A stretch of 48,131 bases of DNA from an uncultured Chloroflexota bacterium (GCA_903938075.1 CAJABS010000116.1:1-48131), one strand, 5' to 3'. Positions 18,392-28,082 are shown, numbered from the stretch's first letter. A program made the numbers and translations. The notes: generated by a model from the letters alone, not told the origin.

Positions 18392-19772
18392 GCTTCACCG
18401 AGCTCTTCTTTCGCGCCTGCGACTTGCGTGGTTTTGCTGGCGCCTTTGCGCCACGCTTTGCTGTGGTGCGTGCGGGTACCTCTTGTGGTCCGGCCGCGGC
18501 GATGCTGTCGGCATGGAGGCGGCGTGGCATCTCGCGGCGCCACTCTTCAGGGAGCACATCCCAGAGCGCGTCGCTCACGGTGATCACCCCCATGAGTCGA
18601 TGGTTGGCATCAACGACTGGAACGGCGACAAGGCCGTAGCGCGTAACGACGCGGGCAACCTCATCGGAGTGCGCCAACAGCTCAACGGCGACCGGATCGT
18701 CTTCCATGAGTTCACCGACCGTGGTGTTGGGTGCGGCAAGCACCAGGTCACGCAGCGTCACCTCGCCCAAGAGTCGTCGCTTGCCGTCGACCACATACAC
18801 GGCGAAGGCCACCTCGGCATCGGGCTCGTGACGGCGAATTGCGGAGAGCGCCTCAGCTACAGTCGCCTGCGGACGCAACGCAACATGCTCCGTAGTCATC
18901 AGACCGCCGGCGCTCTTCTCTGGGTGCGCGAGCAGCTCCTGCACATCATCGCGCTCCTCTTTTGTCATCAGGCGCAAGATCTCTTTACGGCTTAGTGGTG
19001 AGAGTTCGGCGACAGCGTCAGCCGCCTCGTCCGGGCTCATCTCTTCCAAGAGGTCAGCGGCGCGCTCTGGCTCCAAGTCTTCGAGCAGGTCGGTGCGTGT
19101 CTCTGGCTCCAACTCCTCGAGCGCCTCGGCGGCAACCTCTTCGTCAAGGGTGCTGAAGATGTCGGCGCGGTCGCGCGGCGTCAGCTGGTCAACAATGGTC
19201 GCAAGATCGGCCGGGTGCAGCTCAGAGAGGCCGGCGTGCGGAACGCGCAGCCGTACGCTCGCAATGGTGGATCCGAGTGGGTCAACATCCTCCCAATCAA
19301 TGTACGAGGCGACGCGCGACTGCTCGCCCGAGAGTCGATTGATCCAGGTGTCAGGGAGGCCGAGTCGGCGCAGCAGTCCGGCGGTGCCAACATCAACGGC
19401 AACCAGGCGCATCGCCCCCTCAACAAAGTCGAGGATCACGTCGTTGGCGCGCACGACCTTGCGGCCGTCGATATCAACGATCTGCTTATCAAGGAGGTCG
19501 CCCTTCAGGAGGATCTCGTCTTCGCGTCGTCGGAAGCGGCTGATGTTGACGCGCGTCGCCAAAATTGTGGCCCCTGCGGCATCCATACGCTCCACGCTGC
19601 TCCAGCCGAGATAGATGCGACGGCGCCCTGTTCGAACGACGAGCCCGGTGATTGGGGGGTGGCTCGTACCAACGGCGGCAATGAGGTCGTCGATGACGCC
19701 GATCGTGTCGGCGCTGCTGTCGCGCACGGGTTGCCCAATGAGTCGTGAGAGGTGGAGCATACTGCCCTCCAA
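18384..19772 (-). CDS. Soluble PRC-barrel / MgtE N-domain / tandem CBS protein (MgtE cytosolic sensor module without the MgtE membrane domain)
   Basis: 462 aa. PRC-like LIGQPVRDSSADTIGVIDDLI, acidic MgtE_N-like repeats (EELEPETRTDLLEDLEPERAADLLEEMSPDEAADAVAEL), CBS pair (MTTEHVALRPQATVAEAL.., VVDANHRLMGVITVSD). It ends in a Lys/Arg-rich tail with no TM segments. Its stop overlaps the downstream transporter start by 8 nt. Confidence 0.8.
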   Translation of the reverse strand: MEGSMLHLSRLIGQPVRDSSADTIGVIDDLIAAVGTSHPPITGLVVRTGRRRIYLGWSSVERMDAAGATILATRVNISRFRRREDEILLKGDLLDKQIVDIDGRKVVRANDVILDFVEGAMRLVAVDVGTAGLLRRLGLPDTWINRLSGEQSRVASYIDWEDVDPLGSTIASVRLRVPHAGLSELHPADLATIVDQLTPRDRADIFSTLDEEVAAEALEELEPETRTDLLEDLEPERAADLLEEMSPDEAADAVAELSPLSRKEILRLMTKEERDDVQELLAHPEKSAGGLMTTEHVALRPQATVAEALSAIRRHEPDAEVAFAVYVVDGKRRLLGEVTLRDLVLAAPNTTVGELMEDDPVAVELLAHSDEVARVVTRYGLVAVPVVDANHRLMGVITVSDALWDVLPEEWRREMPRRLHADSIAAAGPQEVPARTTAKRGAKAPAKPRKSQARKKSSVKRG

Positions 19773-19841
19773 TGCTGTGCGCCGGCTCCTGCGGTCACGA
19801 GGAGTCTACGCGGGAGCCCCCGCTCGCGCTACCCTGACCCT

Positions 19842-20738
19842 ATGCCTGAATCACCATCGGCCCGCCGACGCACCCGCTCCCTCGCCACGGCGCGCCTTGC
19901 CGCCCTCACCGATACGGCGGCAGAGATTGGCGAAGTCGAGGTTTCGCGCCCCTGGGCTGAGACGATCGTTGCCGTTGCCGTCGCTGCAGGCGTCGCCCAC
20001 TTCGCGACCGGCCCAGGAACCGTCTTGGCTGGCGCTGGCGCCGCCCTGCTCGGTGCGGTCGGGGTGAATGCCGTCCGCCGTGCCGAGGTCCGCGACCTAC
20101 CAATGGGTACGGAGGTGGTGCTCGGTGGTTTAATCGCCCTCTCCATTGCCGGGGTAGTGCGCCTCGTCCCAACGGGGATTGGCGCCGTGATTGCGATCAC
20201 CGCAGGGATCGGCATCCTTCGCGCCGTTATTGAGTGGCAGCTACGCCTGCGCCGCAGCAGCAACGGCTCACTGCATCGCGATCGAGTGGTCAGCTTGGCC
20301 GTCTTTACCCTGGTCCTCTTCGCCGCCTCCATCGGCATCTCCGCCCTCGTGCCAGGGGTCGTGACGCTCCCTGGCACCCCGTCGGCGCGTCCAGATCCTG
20401 TGGGACCCCTCGCCGTCCTGGCCGTTGGCATCGGGAGCGCCGCAGTGGCCGCCACTCTTGCCGCGGGAATGTCGAGCCTTCGACGCGAGCGAACCTCTGC
20501 GATCGTGCGCGATGCCCTCGGCGCTGCGGCGCTGAACGGCGCCGCCTCCATCCTCTTCGCCTCGGTCGGCGTCGCACGGCTCGCTGGCCCGGCGGGTCTC
20601 GCCGTCCTCTTCTATGCCCGTGAGATTTGGGCGGCAACCCCCGAGGGGGAGCGCCGCGACCCACGCCTCATCTTCGAAATCATCGCCCTCACGCTCGCCA
20701 CGGGGGTGGCTCTCCTCTGGATCGGGGTCGGTCGCTAA
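19842..20738 (+). CDS. Hypothetical polytopic membrane protein
   Basis: In-frame ATG at 19842 (MPESPSARRR..). Multiple Ala/Gly/Val/Leu-rich predicted TM stretches. No recognised family. Confidence 0.5.
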   Translation: MPESPSARRRTRSLATARLAALTDTAAEIGEVEVSRPWAETIVAVAVAAGVAHFATGPGTVLAGAGAALLGAVGVNAVRRAEVRDLPMGTEVVLGGLIALSIAGVVRLVPTGIGAVIAITAGIGILRAVIEWQLRLRRSSNGSLHRDRVVSLAVFTLVLFAASIGISALVPGVVTLPGTPSARPDPVGPLAVLAVGIGSAAVAATLAAGMSSLRRERTSAIVRDALGAAALNGAASILFASVGVARLAGPAGLAVLFYAREIWAATPEGERRDPRLIFEIIALTLATGVALLWIGVGR

Positions 20739-20809
20739 CGATCGGCTATCCTTCCCCAACGTCATAGCGGGGGGCATCAGCCCGCATGCACTGAATTGAG
20801 GAGGCGCCC

Positions 20810-21688
20810 GTGACCCTCGCCAACGAGACCCCAACCACCCAGAAGCCGAGCCGCACCGCTAAGGAGCAGGCCGACATCGCCTTGAAGGCAGCAGCCGCCG
20901 GTCGTTGGCAGGAGGCGAGCGAGGCGAACAACGCGATTCTCGCCCTTGGTGACGCCATCAAGGTGGAGGAGCGCATCGAAGCGCAGAATCGTCTCGCCAA
21001 GTGCCTCTGGGAGCAGGGCGACCTCGCCGGCTCCAAGAAGGAGTACCAGGCAACGCTCGCCCTTGATCCACTCAATCGCATCGCCGAGCGCAACCTTGAG
21101 CGCCTGAAGGGCCTCATTAAGCAGGTTGGCAAGAAGACCACCGCGAGCACCGAAGGCGCAACGACGCCCGCAGGCATCTTTATTCAAGAGGCGGGGACCA
21201 CTGGGTTCGCCGCACTCACCCATGTAGCCGATGCGGGAACCCTTGCGCAGGTAAACCCTGGCGACTCGGTTGAGCTAATCGTTCTCGGCAATCGACTGAT
21301 CGCCAAGGCGAACGGCATTGAGATCGGTCGCGTTGAGCCGCGCATCGCTGCACGACTCGTTAAGTTGATCGGCGATGGGAATAGCTACACCTCGGGGATC
21401 ACCTCGATTAGTGGTGGCGACATTCGCATCATCATTCGCGAAGAGCATGTGAGCGCCGGCAATGTGGGCAAGGTCTCCTTCCCAACCGCCACGCGCACCA
21501 GCGATGAGCGACCGTATACGAAGGGCTCGTTCTTCCGCGATGACGAGGGCTTCGCCGACGATGACGAGGATACGTACGAAGAGGAGACGCCAGTCGCAGA
21601 GCGACCAAGCGTTGAGCCGCCAGAGAAGACCTCTGACGACGCATTCCTTCCCGAGAGCGAAGAGGCTGGCGGCAACAACGACGATTAG
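20810..21688 (+). CDS. Hypothetical protein: N-terminal TPR-like repeat, central HIRAN-like segment, strongly acidic C-terminal tail
   Basis: 292 aa, GTG start. TPR-like WQEASEANNAILALGD..AKCLWEQGDLAGSKKEYQATLALDPLN. Central GDSVELIVLGNRLIAKANGIEIGRVEPRIAARLVKLIGDG. Tail DDEGFADDDEDTYEEE..ESEEAGGNNDD. Confidence 0.55.
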   Translation: MTLANETPTTQKPSRTAKEQADIALKAAAAGRWQEASEANNAILALGDAIKVEERIEAQNRLAKCLWEQGDLAGSKKEYQATLALDPLNRIAERNLERLKGLIKQVGKKTTASTEGATTPAGIFIQEAGTTGFAALTHVADAGTLAQVNPGDSVELIVLGNRLIAKANGIEIGRVEPRIAARLVKLIGDGNSYTSGITSISGGDIRIIIREEHVSAGNVGKVSFPTATRTSDERPYTKGSFFRDDEGFADDDEDTYEEETPVAERPSVEPPEKTSDDAFLPESEEAGGNNDD

Positions 21689-21713
21689 TCGAAAGTAGGC
21701 GGAGGGCGTTCAC

Positions 21714-24053
21714 GTGGATCGCAGCGCCGCCCGACTCACCGCCGCGCTCGCGCCATCCGCAACGAGCCCCGTCGCAACAACGCAGGATCACCTGACGGTT
21801 GATCTCACTGCGCGCTCTGGTGCCTTGGCCTTGGCGAGTGCGCATCGTCAGCTCCGCAGCGCCCTTCATGCGCGTGACGCGATGGATGAGTGGACGATTG
21901 CAGCCGAGCTTCGGCCACCCACAGTGCGCGCCTATGAGGCGGCCGCAGCAGAGCTGTTGGCCACAGCATCAGAGGCGCTTGATGCCGGATGGCAGAGCAG
22001 CTGTGCCGCCTGTGGGCAGGCGGTACGCGTTGCCGCCTGGCGCTGGGAGGAGGCGCTCGATGCCGACCAGGAGCGCGGGCAGCCTACGGCGCGCCGCGCC
22101 ACCTGTGCCGCCTGCCGCGCACTCGGGCGACGCGGTGGTGATGCCGCGACCATGCTCCCTAACGAGGTCCCCTCTGCTGGGCTCCTTGAGCCAGCGGTTC
22201 GTGCCCGAGTCGATGCCCGCTTTGCTGGCGCGGTAGACGGGGCTGCGGCGCGCTGGAGCACCCGACAGCTGCGCTCCCTTGATGCGCTGAGCAGCGCACT
22301 GGAGCGCTCAAGCGAGAGCGCCGTGATGCTAGGGGCGCTGCGCCTCACGCTGTCCGAAGCGGCGGCGGCGATGGCTCGACCGCAGCGCGCCGGCCGAACG
22401 TGGTGGGAGGTCGCTCCGTGGCAGGCACTCCTCGACGCTATCGATGCGCGGCGGCGGATCTACCTAACGGTGCAGCCTGTTCCGTCGCAGCTCACCATGA
22501 GTAGCGATCTCTCTGCGCTCACCTACCCAGGTGGTGGCGCAGTTGTCGTGCGTGGTGGTGTGACCGCGCGCACCTCGCTCGCAACGCTCATCACGCGCAC
22601 CCCAGCGATCCGTGTCGCACTTCTGCGCGTCACCGTGGGCGGCAGTGCCGACGAACTCAGTGATCGAGCAATCGCCGCGCGATGGTCAGGCGAACAGAGT
22701 GACGCCGACCCACTCCTCGTTGCGCTGCAATCAAACGATGCGGTGACCATCGCTTCTGCGCTGGCGCGCCTCCTCGTTGCGATGAATCCACTGATGCGCC
22801 ACGATCCTCTCGTTGTGATCGACCTTGACGATCACCCTGAACAGCTGGCCGGCGTCTTGACCGCGATCAGTCTTGCCGGTGCAACAGGGAGCGTTCTCCG
22901 TCGCTTCGACGACGACCGCACCCCTGGGCTCACGGTAACGGCGCGATTGAGTGAGCCACCTGCGATTGGTCTGCAACCACGCAGCCAGATTTCGCTGATG
23001 AGCGACCTTGTGGTGGCCCATGGTGAGCCCGTTACGCCGCGGCAGCTCCTCCCGGCGTATGCCGCCGCCCGCGCTCGCGCAGCCCACGCCTCGGGCGAAC
23101 TCCTTGATGCGGCGGCATTTGCAGATGAGTTGCGCGACGTTGCTGATCTCCACGCGAAGCTCCGCCCCGCTGGATCGTTCGATCAACTTATCGCTCTTGC
23201 TGAAGGACGCATCTTTGTAGAGGGTCGGGCCGAGCGTGAACGGCTGGCAACCCCAGCCGCTGATCGCGCCGATGCCGCCGCATTCGCGCTTGTTGGCGCC
23301 ACCGAGGCAGGGGAGGGGGTAGACGAGGCACTCGTGGCACTCGATGCCGATCCGATCGGCATGAGCCCAGAGCTGCGCAGCGCGATGCTCGATGCGTATA
23401 CCAGCGTGACCGACGGGGTGCGACACCCACTCCGCACGGTGGCCGCTCTGGAAGAGGAGCGCCTCGCCATCGCTGCTGGGCTCTTGGAGCTGGGCCCACG
23501 GATGGGCCTGCACGTTTCTGTTGCGCCCGCGCTGGCATCCACCGCCGTTGCGGGGCGCACCCTTGGCGCGCGCACCACCGTTGATCCGATTGATTCGTCG
23601 CCACCACTACGCCTTCGCTCTGATCGCGCGGCGTACGACGCTGTAGACGCCGTTCTCTATCGCCGTGGGCGTGCCGTACTTTTCTGCGAAGTCGTGACTG
23701 GTCCGCTTCCCATCGGCGAGCTGCTCTTGCAGCGTCATGCGCTGATCGCGAGTGACCGCGAAGTCGTTCGACTCCTTGTTCTTGCGCCCGCGCTGGTGCC
23801 ACTATTGCAGCTCCGACTCGCGCGCGATGAGCGACTGAGCGCGGCGTGGGAGTCGGGGAACTGGCACCTCCTCGCTGCAGATCGTGTCGCCGCACTCTCC
23901 CGGCTGGCAGCGCCGCGACTCACCGATCTCGAAGGGCACCTCGGCGCCGAGCCGCCCGCCCGAGATGCGGCACAACTTGACCTCGGCTCGATGGGCTGGG
24001 GCGTAGAACGTGGCGAAACGCCAGAAGGAGTGAATCGTGAACCTCTCAGCTGA
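21714..24053 (+). CDS. Large hypothetical protein (779 aa) with a CxxC..CxxC zinc-ribbon-like motif and a possible C-terminal restriction-endonuclease-like region
   Basis: GTG start after GGCGGAGGG. CAACGQAV..(36 aa)..CAACRALG. C-terminal pattern YDAVDAVLYRRGRAVLFCEVVTG..VVRLLVLAP. No Walker A and no methylase DPPY/NPPY motif seen. The only long ORF on this strand, though it is Ala/Arg-rich. Confidence 0.5.
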   Translation: MDRSAARLTAALAPSATSPVATTQDHLTVDLTARSGALALASAHRQLRSALHARDAMDEWTIAAELRPPTVRAYEAAAAELLATASEALDAGWQSSCAACGQAVRVAAWRWEEALDADQERGQPTARRATCAACRALGRRGGDAATMLPNEVPSAGLLEPAVRARVDARFAGAVDGAAARWSTRQLRSLDALSSALERSSESAVMLGALRLTLSEAAAAMARPQRAGRTWWEVAPWQALLDAIDARRRIYLTVQPVPSQLTMSSDLSALTYPGGGAVVVRGGVTARTSLATLITRTPAIRVALLRVTVGGSADELSDRAIAARWSGEQSDADPLLVALQSNDAVTIASALARLLVAMNPLMRHDPLVVIDLDDHPEQLAGVLTAISLAGATGSVLRRFDDDRTPGLTVTARLSEPPAIGLQPRSQISLMSDLVVAHGEPVTPRQLLPAYAAARARAAHASGELLDAAAFADELRDVADLHAKLRPAGSFDQLIALAEGRIFVEGRAERERLATPAADRADAAAFALVGATEAGEGVDEALVALDADPIGMSPELRSAMLDAYTSVTDGVRHPLRTVAALEEERLAIAAGLLELGPRMGLHVSVAPALASTAVAGRTLGARTTVDPIDSSPPLRLRSDRAAYDAVDAVLYRRGRAVLFCEVVTGPLPIGELLLQRHALIASDREVVRLLVLAPALVPLLQLRLARDERLSAAWESGNWHLLAADRVAALSRLAAPRLTDLEGHLGAEPPARDAAQLDLGSMGWGVERGETPEGVNREPLS

Positions 24054-24492
24054 TGTGCTCAGCGCACTCTTCCTCGTTGCAACGATTGGCGTTGGGCCAT
24101 TCTGGTTCTTGATGGCCGTACGTCCAAACGCCGAGGTCACTCGGCGCTCCATGATGACCCCGTGGCCCGTCGTTGCTGTTGGACTCATCTATGCAGCCCT
24201 GGTGATTCCCAGCGCCGGTGCGATTCTTGAGACCCTGCTCAACCCAACGCTGAGTGCAATCTCCGCCTCACTTGCGACCCCAGAGGGGAGCCTTGCCGTG
24301 TGGCTGCACGTGCTCGCCTTTGACCTCATCGCGGGGCGATTCATTTGGCTCGATGGCCTCAGCCGAGGCGTCGGCGCGCCGCTCCGCATTGCGGCGCTCA
24401 CGCTCGCCCTCATGTTCGGGCCACTCGGACTCCTCCTGCACCTCGCCCTGCGCCCCCGCCACCCCCGAGAAGGGGCGCAAGCCGTATCCTGA
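24037..24492 (+). CDS. ABA4-like (DUF4281) family membrane protein
   Basis: 151 aa. GTG start 6 nt after GAAGGAG, overlapping the previous gene by 17 nt. Family-like blocks are GPFWFLMAVRPNAEVTRRSMMT and LAVWLHVLAFDLIAGRFIWLDGL...LALMFGPLGLLLHL. Confidence 0.75.
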   Translation: MNLSADVLSALFLVATIGVGPFWFLMAVRPNAEVTRRSMMTPWPVVAVGLIYAALVIPSAGAILETLLNPTLSAISASLATPEGSLAVWLHVLAFDLIAGRFIWLDGLSRGVGAPLRIAALTLALMFGPLGLLLHLALRPRHPREGAQAVS

Positions 24493-24552
24493 GCGGAACG
24501 CGCTCACCCCTTGAGCGCAGGAGTCCCGGAACCCCGGGGAGGAGCCCAGATC

Positions 24553-26241
24553 GTGTCGAAGCCACTCTCAGCGAACGACCAGGCCGTTAAGACCCTCGCC
24601 GATGACCTCTGGAAGGAGATGCTCTCGCACTCTCCAATCTGGGGGACCTTCCTCGGCATTGAGGTGAACGACGGCGCCCTCGACGACACCTCTGATGCTG
24701 CGCGCCTGCGCGACCGCGCCATGTGGGAGAAGTATTCGAAGGCGGCGAAGGCCATTGGCGACGAGGGGCTCGACATTGAGTGGAAGATCACGCGCGACCT
24801 GATCGCCGTCGGTGGCTCAATCGCCATTGAGAAGGACGACCACCGTATGGATCTCCTCTCCTCGGTCGACCACATGGATGGGGTGCAGACACTCTTGCCG
24901 CAGATTGTGACCTTCCAAGATGCAACGACTCCGGAGAAGTTCGCCAAGCTGGTGAGCCGACTCAAGGCCTTCCCGAAGTTCATGGACGAGGCGATCGAGC
25001 GCGTGCATGAGGCGGAGAAGCGCGGCCTTGTCGCCTCAAAGATTTCAACCGAGCGACTGATCGTTCAGCTCAATGGCCTGATGGCAATTCCGGCTGACCA
25101 GTCGCCGATCGTCACCGCCGCCAATGTTGCGGGCGATGCCGAGCGGGCTGAACTGGTCAAGATCGTTGCGGAGTACGTTGACCCACAGATCAAGCGCTAC
25201 TACGAGGCGGTCAGCGGTAGCTACCGCACCAAGGCGCGCGAAGTGCCGGGCCTTTGCTCCGCACCAAATGGTGCCGAGCTCTACAAGGTGGCGATTCGCA
25301 GCTGGACCGGACTAGAGCTTGACCCGAAGGAGCTCCACGAGATCGGACTCCAGGAGTGGGCCGACATTCAAGAGGAGATGAAGGTCATCTCGACAAAGCT
25401 TGGCTTCGGCGGCTCCATTGAGAAGCTGCGCGATGCGGCCGAGAGCGATCCAACGAACGTCGCCGCGTCGAAAGAGGCGCTCATCGTTCGCATCAAGGAA
25501 GACATCGAGCGCGGTTATGCCGAAGCCGGAAAGGTCTTTGGGCGATTCCCGAAGGCTGGCTGCGATGTGAAGGCGGTCGAAGACTTCAAGGAGAAGGACG
25601 CACCCGCCGCCTACTACTTCAGCCCTGCGGCTGATGGTTCGCGCCCAGGGACGTACTACGTGAACGGCTACGACCTGCCGTCGCGCTTCTTGCACGCCCT
25701 TGCGCCAACCACGTATCACGAGGCCATTCCGGGCCACCACTTCCAGATCGCGCTAGAGATGGAGCTGGAGTTCTTGCCAGACCTGCGCAAGCACGCCTCG
25801 CACCTTGCGGGGAACGCCTACGTTGAGGGTTGGGGCCTCTACTCGGAGCGACTCGCCGACGAGCTCGGCCTCTACCGCAACGAGATGGAGCGCTTCGGCA
25901 TGCTTCAGGGGCAGGCGCACCGCGCGGCGCGCCTCGTCGTTGACACCGGCCTCCACGCCTTTGGCTGGGACCGAGATAAGGGTGTGGCGTTCATGGAGTC
26001 CGTTGGGCTGCCACGAACCGACGCCGAGATCGAGACCGACCGCTACATCGCCTGGCCAGCCCAGGCGCTCTGCTACAAGGTTGGGCAGCGTGCCATTGAG
26101 CGCACGCGTGCCGCAATCGAGAAGCGCGACGGCGACAAGTTCGATATCAAGTCGTTCCACGACCACGCCATTGGCCACGGCCAGATTCCGCTCCCGGTCT
26201 TTGAGGCCGAGATGCCGAACTGGGTTAAGCCGAAGGCATGA
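24553..26241 (+). CDS. DUF885 family protein (metallopeptidase-like HExxxH-type motif)
   Basis: Motif TTYHEAIPGHHFQ. GTG at 24553 follows GGGGAGGAG. The track ORF begins at TTG 24511. Confidence 0.75.
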   Translation: MSKPLSANDQAVKTLADDLWKEMLSHSPIWGTFLGIEVNDGALDDTSDAARLRDRAMWEKYSKAAKAIGDEGLDIEWKITRDLIAVGGSIAIEKDDHRMDLLSSVDHMDGVQTLLPQIVTFQDATTPEKFAKLVSRLKAFPKFMDEAIERVHEAEKRGLVASKISTERLIVQLNGLMAIPADQSPIVTAANVAGDAERAELVKIVAEYVDPQIKRYYEAVSGSYRTKAREVPGLCSAPNGAELYKVAIRSWTGLELDPKELHEIGLQEWADIQEEMKVISTKLGFGGSIEKLRDAAESDPTNVAASKEALIVRIKEDIERGYAEAGKVFGRFPKAGCDVKAVEDFKEKDAPAAYYFSPAADGSRPGTYYVNGYDLPSRFLHALAPTTYHEAIPGHHFQIALEMELEFLPDLRKHASHLAGNAYVEGWGLYSERLADELGLYRNEMERFGMLQGQAHRAARLVVDTGLHAFGWDRDKGVAFMESVGLPRTDAEIETDRYIAWPAQALCYKVGQRAIERTRAAIEKRDGDKFDIKSFHDHAIGHGQIPLPVFEAEMPNWVKPKA

Positions 26242-27170
26242 GTAACGCTGGGAGGACCGCGGGCGCGGCTCGCGGAACCTCTCGGCGGACGGTCGGCATC
26301 CTCGCCGCGATCGGCGCCTCACTCGCGTGGGGCTTCGGATCGACGACTTCGGATTACGCGTTGTCTGCTGGGATCGGGAATGACACCTTCTTGGTTGTTG
26401 AGCTCGGCATTGGCTTCCTCGCACTGGTGCTGATTGCAGCGGTTCGCGGCGAACTTGCGGCGTTCCGCTTCCCTGGGCTGCTACGCGCATCACGCACCGG
26501 GCTCATTGAGCCGTGGGGGGCATACACGCTCGGCAATATCGGCATCATCTTCTCGAGCGGTGCCTTTGTCGCCTTGGTCTCATCGCTCAACCCGGTCCTG
26601 ATCGGCCTCCTCGCTGCGCCGTACCTCGGTGAGAAGGTGAGCCGACCCGCTGCCATTCTCATGGCCGTCTCAATTGGTGGCGTGGCACTCGTTGTTGGTG
26701 GCGCTGGATTTGACGGCACGCTTCACCCGTTCGGAATCATCTTTGCCCTCTGCGGTCTGGTTTGTGCAGCGACGTATGGCCTCATGTCATCAAAGCTCGT
26801 GCGCACCGTCCCCGTACTCCCGCTGGTCGCGCTCCAACTCTTGGTCGCCACCGTCGCCTCGGCGATCGTCTGGTTCATTCGAGTGGTGATCCTTAGCGGC
26901 GATCCGCAGCTCCCTGCAAACGACATTCAGTGGGCGGTAACGATCGCCACCGGCATCTTCGGCGGGGCAGCCCCCTTCATCTTGTACCTCGAGGCAACGC
27001 GCAGGATTCCAACCACAACGGTGAGCCAATTTGGAACGCTCGTACCCGTGGTGGCGCTGATCGGTGGCGTGGTCTTCCTCAATGATGTGACCACGCCGAT
27101 CCAGCTGCTTGGCACCGCGATCGTCGTGGTCTCGCTCTCGCTCCTCGCGCGCTACACCCGCGCGCACTGA
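26238..27170 (+). CDS. DMT-superfamily (EamA-like) transporter
   Basis: 310 aa with about 10 hydrophobic segments in two similar halves. ATGA overlap with the upstream gene. Confidence 0.7.
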   Translation: MSNAGRTAGAARGTSRRTVGILAAIGASLAWGFGSTTSDYALSAGIGNDTFLVVELGIGFLALVLIAAVRGELAAFRFPGLLRASRTGLIEPWGAYTLGNIGIIFSSGAFVALVSSLNPVLIGLLAAPYLGEKVSRPAAILMAVSIGGVALVVGGAGFDGTLHPFGIIFALCGLVCAATYGLMSSKLVRTVPVLPLVALQLLVATVASAIVWFIRVVILSGDPQLPANDIQWAVTIATGIFGGAAPFILYLEATRRIPTTTVSQFGTLVPVVALIGGVVFLNDVTTPIQLLGTAIVVVSLSLLARYTRAH

Positions 27171-27184
27171 GGTAACGAGACCCC

Positions 27185-28078
27185 TTACGCCGCCCCCATC
27201 GCGCGCAAGAGCGCAGCGGCCTTGCGCACTCGCCCCACCACTGGTCGATGCGGCCGTCGCACGCCGAAGCCATCGCGCTCAATCTGCCGCAGGATCTCGC
27301 GATAGAGGTTCGCCGCCACGCGAATGGAGCGGCCGCCGTTCTGCAGGTGGCGGATCCCAGCAGCACCAACCTCGTACTCGGCATCGGCGCGAGCGATCTC
27401 TGCTGCATAGAGGGCGCGTCGATCACCGTCGCGAAGCGACGTTGGGCCACTCACGGCTGCAGGGTCAAGACCAACTCGTCGCAGCGATGTGGCGGGAAGG
27501 TAGACCCGCCCGTTCGCGAGATCCTCATCAATGTCGCGCAAGATGTTCGTACGCTGCATCGCCGCCCCAAGGGCGCGGGCAGCGCGATCTGCCACTGCTG
27601 CGTCGCTTGCGCGCACCCCAAGGAGCGCCGCCATGAGGCGACCGACGGTGCCTGCCACCTGATAGCAGTAGAGATCAAGATCGGCATCACTCTCCATTAC
27701 CGGCCCGGCGAGGTCACCCTCCATGCCGTCGAGGAAGGCGCCGATCGCATCGATCGGGAGCGCTGGGATACGCCGCTGCAGATCGACGAAGATCGCCAGT
27801 TCATCGCCGCCAGCCTGGTCGATTGCTCCTGTGTTGATCCAGGTGCGAATTGCCACGAGACGCTGCTGGGCGTCGGCACGTTGCACCGAACCACTCGGTG
27901 CCTCAAGGTCAACCAGATCATCAAGTCGGCGGAGCGCCAAGTAGAGCAGGTTGATGTCGTCGCGAACCTCGCGCGGCAGGAAGCGAGCCGCAAGGGCGAA
28001 GCTACGCGCAACACGATCAATGGTCGCCTGCGCCTCGGGGAGGAGAGCCGCCACGCGCGGATCGCGCTGGGGGGTCAT
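27185..28078 (-). CDS. crtB: Phytoene (or dehydrosqualene) synthase
   Basis: 297 aa. Asp-rich LRRLDDLVD, YCYQVAGTVGRLMAALLG, NILRDIDEDLANGRVYLP. Confidence 0.85.
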   Translation of the reverse strand: MTPQRDPRVAALLPEAQATIDRVARSFALAARFLPREVRDDINLLYLALRRLDDLVDLEAPSGSVQRADAQQRLVAIRTWINTGAIDQAGGDELAIFVDLQRRIPALPIDAIGAFLDGMEGDLAGPVMESDADLDLYCYQVAGTVGRLMAALLGVRASDAAVADRAARALGAAMQRTNILRDIDEDLANGRVYLPATSLRRVGLDPAAVSGPTSLRDGDRRALYAAEIARADAEYEVGAAGIRHLQNGGRSIRVAANLYREILRQIERDGFGVRRPHRPVVGRVRKAAALLRAMGAA

Positions 28079-28082
28079 GCGG

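Noticed and set aside
19773-19841. Possible M-box (Mg2+) riboswitch upstream of the MgtE_N/CBS-NRMT operon
   Set aside because: The intergenic region is only 69 nt, too short for an M-box aptamer of about 160 nt, and no characteristic motifs were seen.
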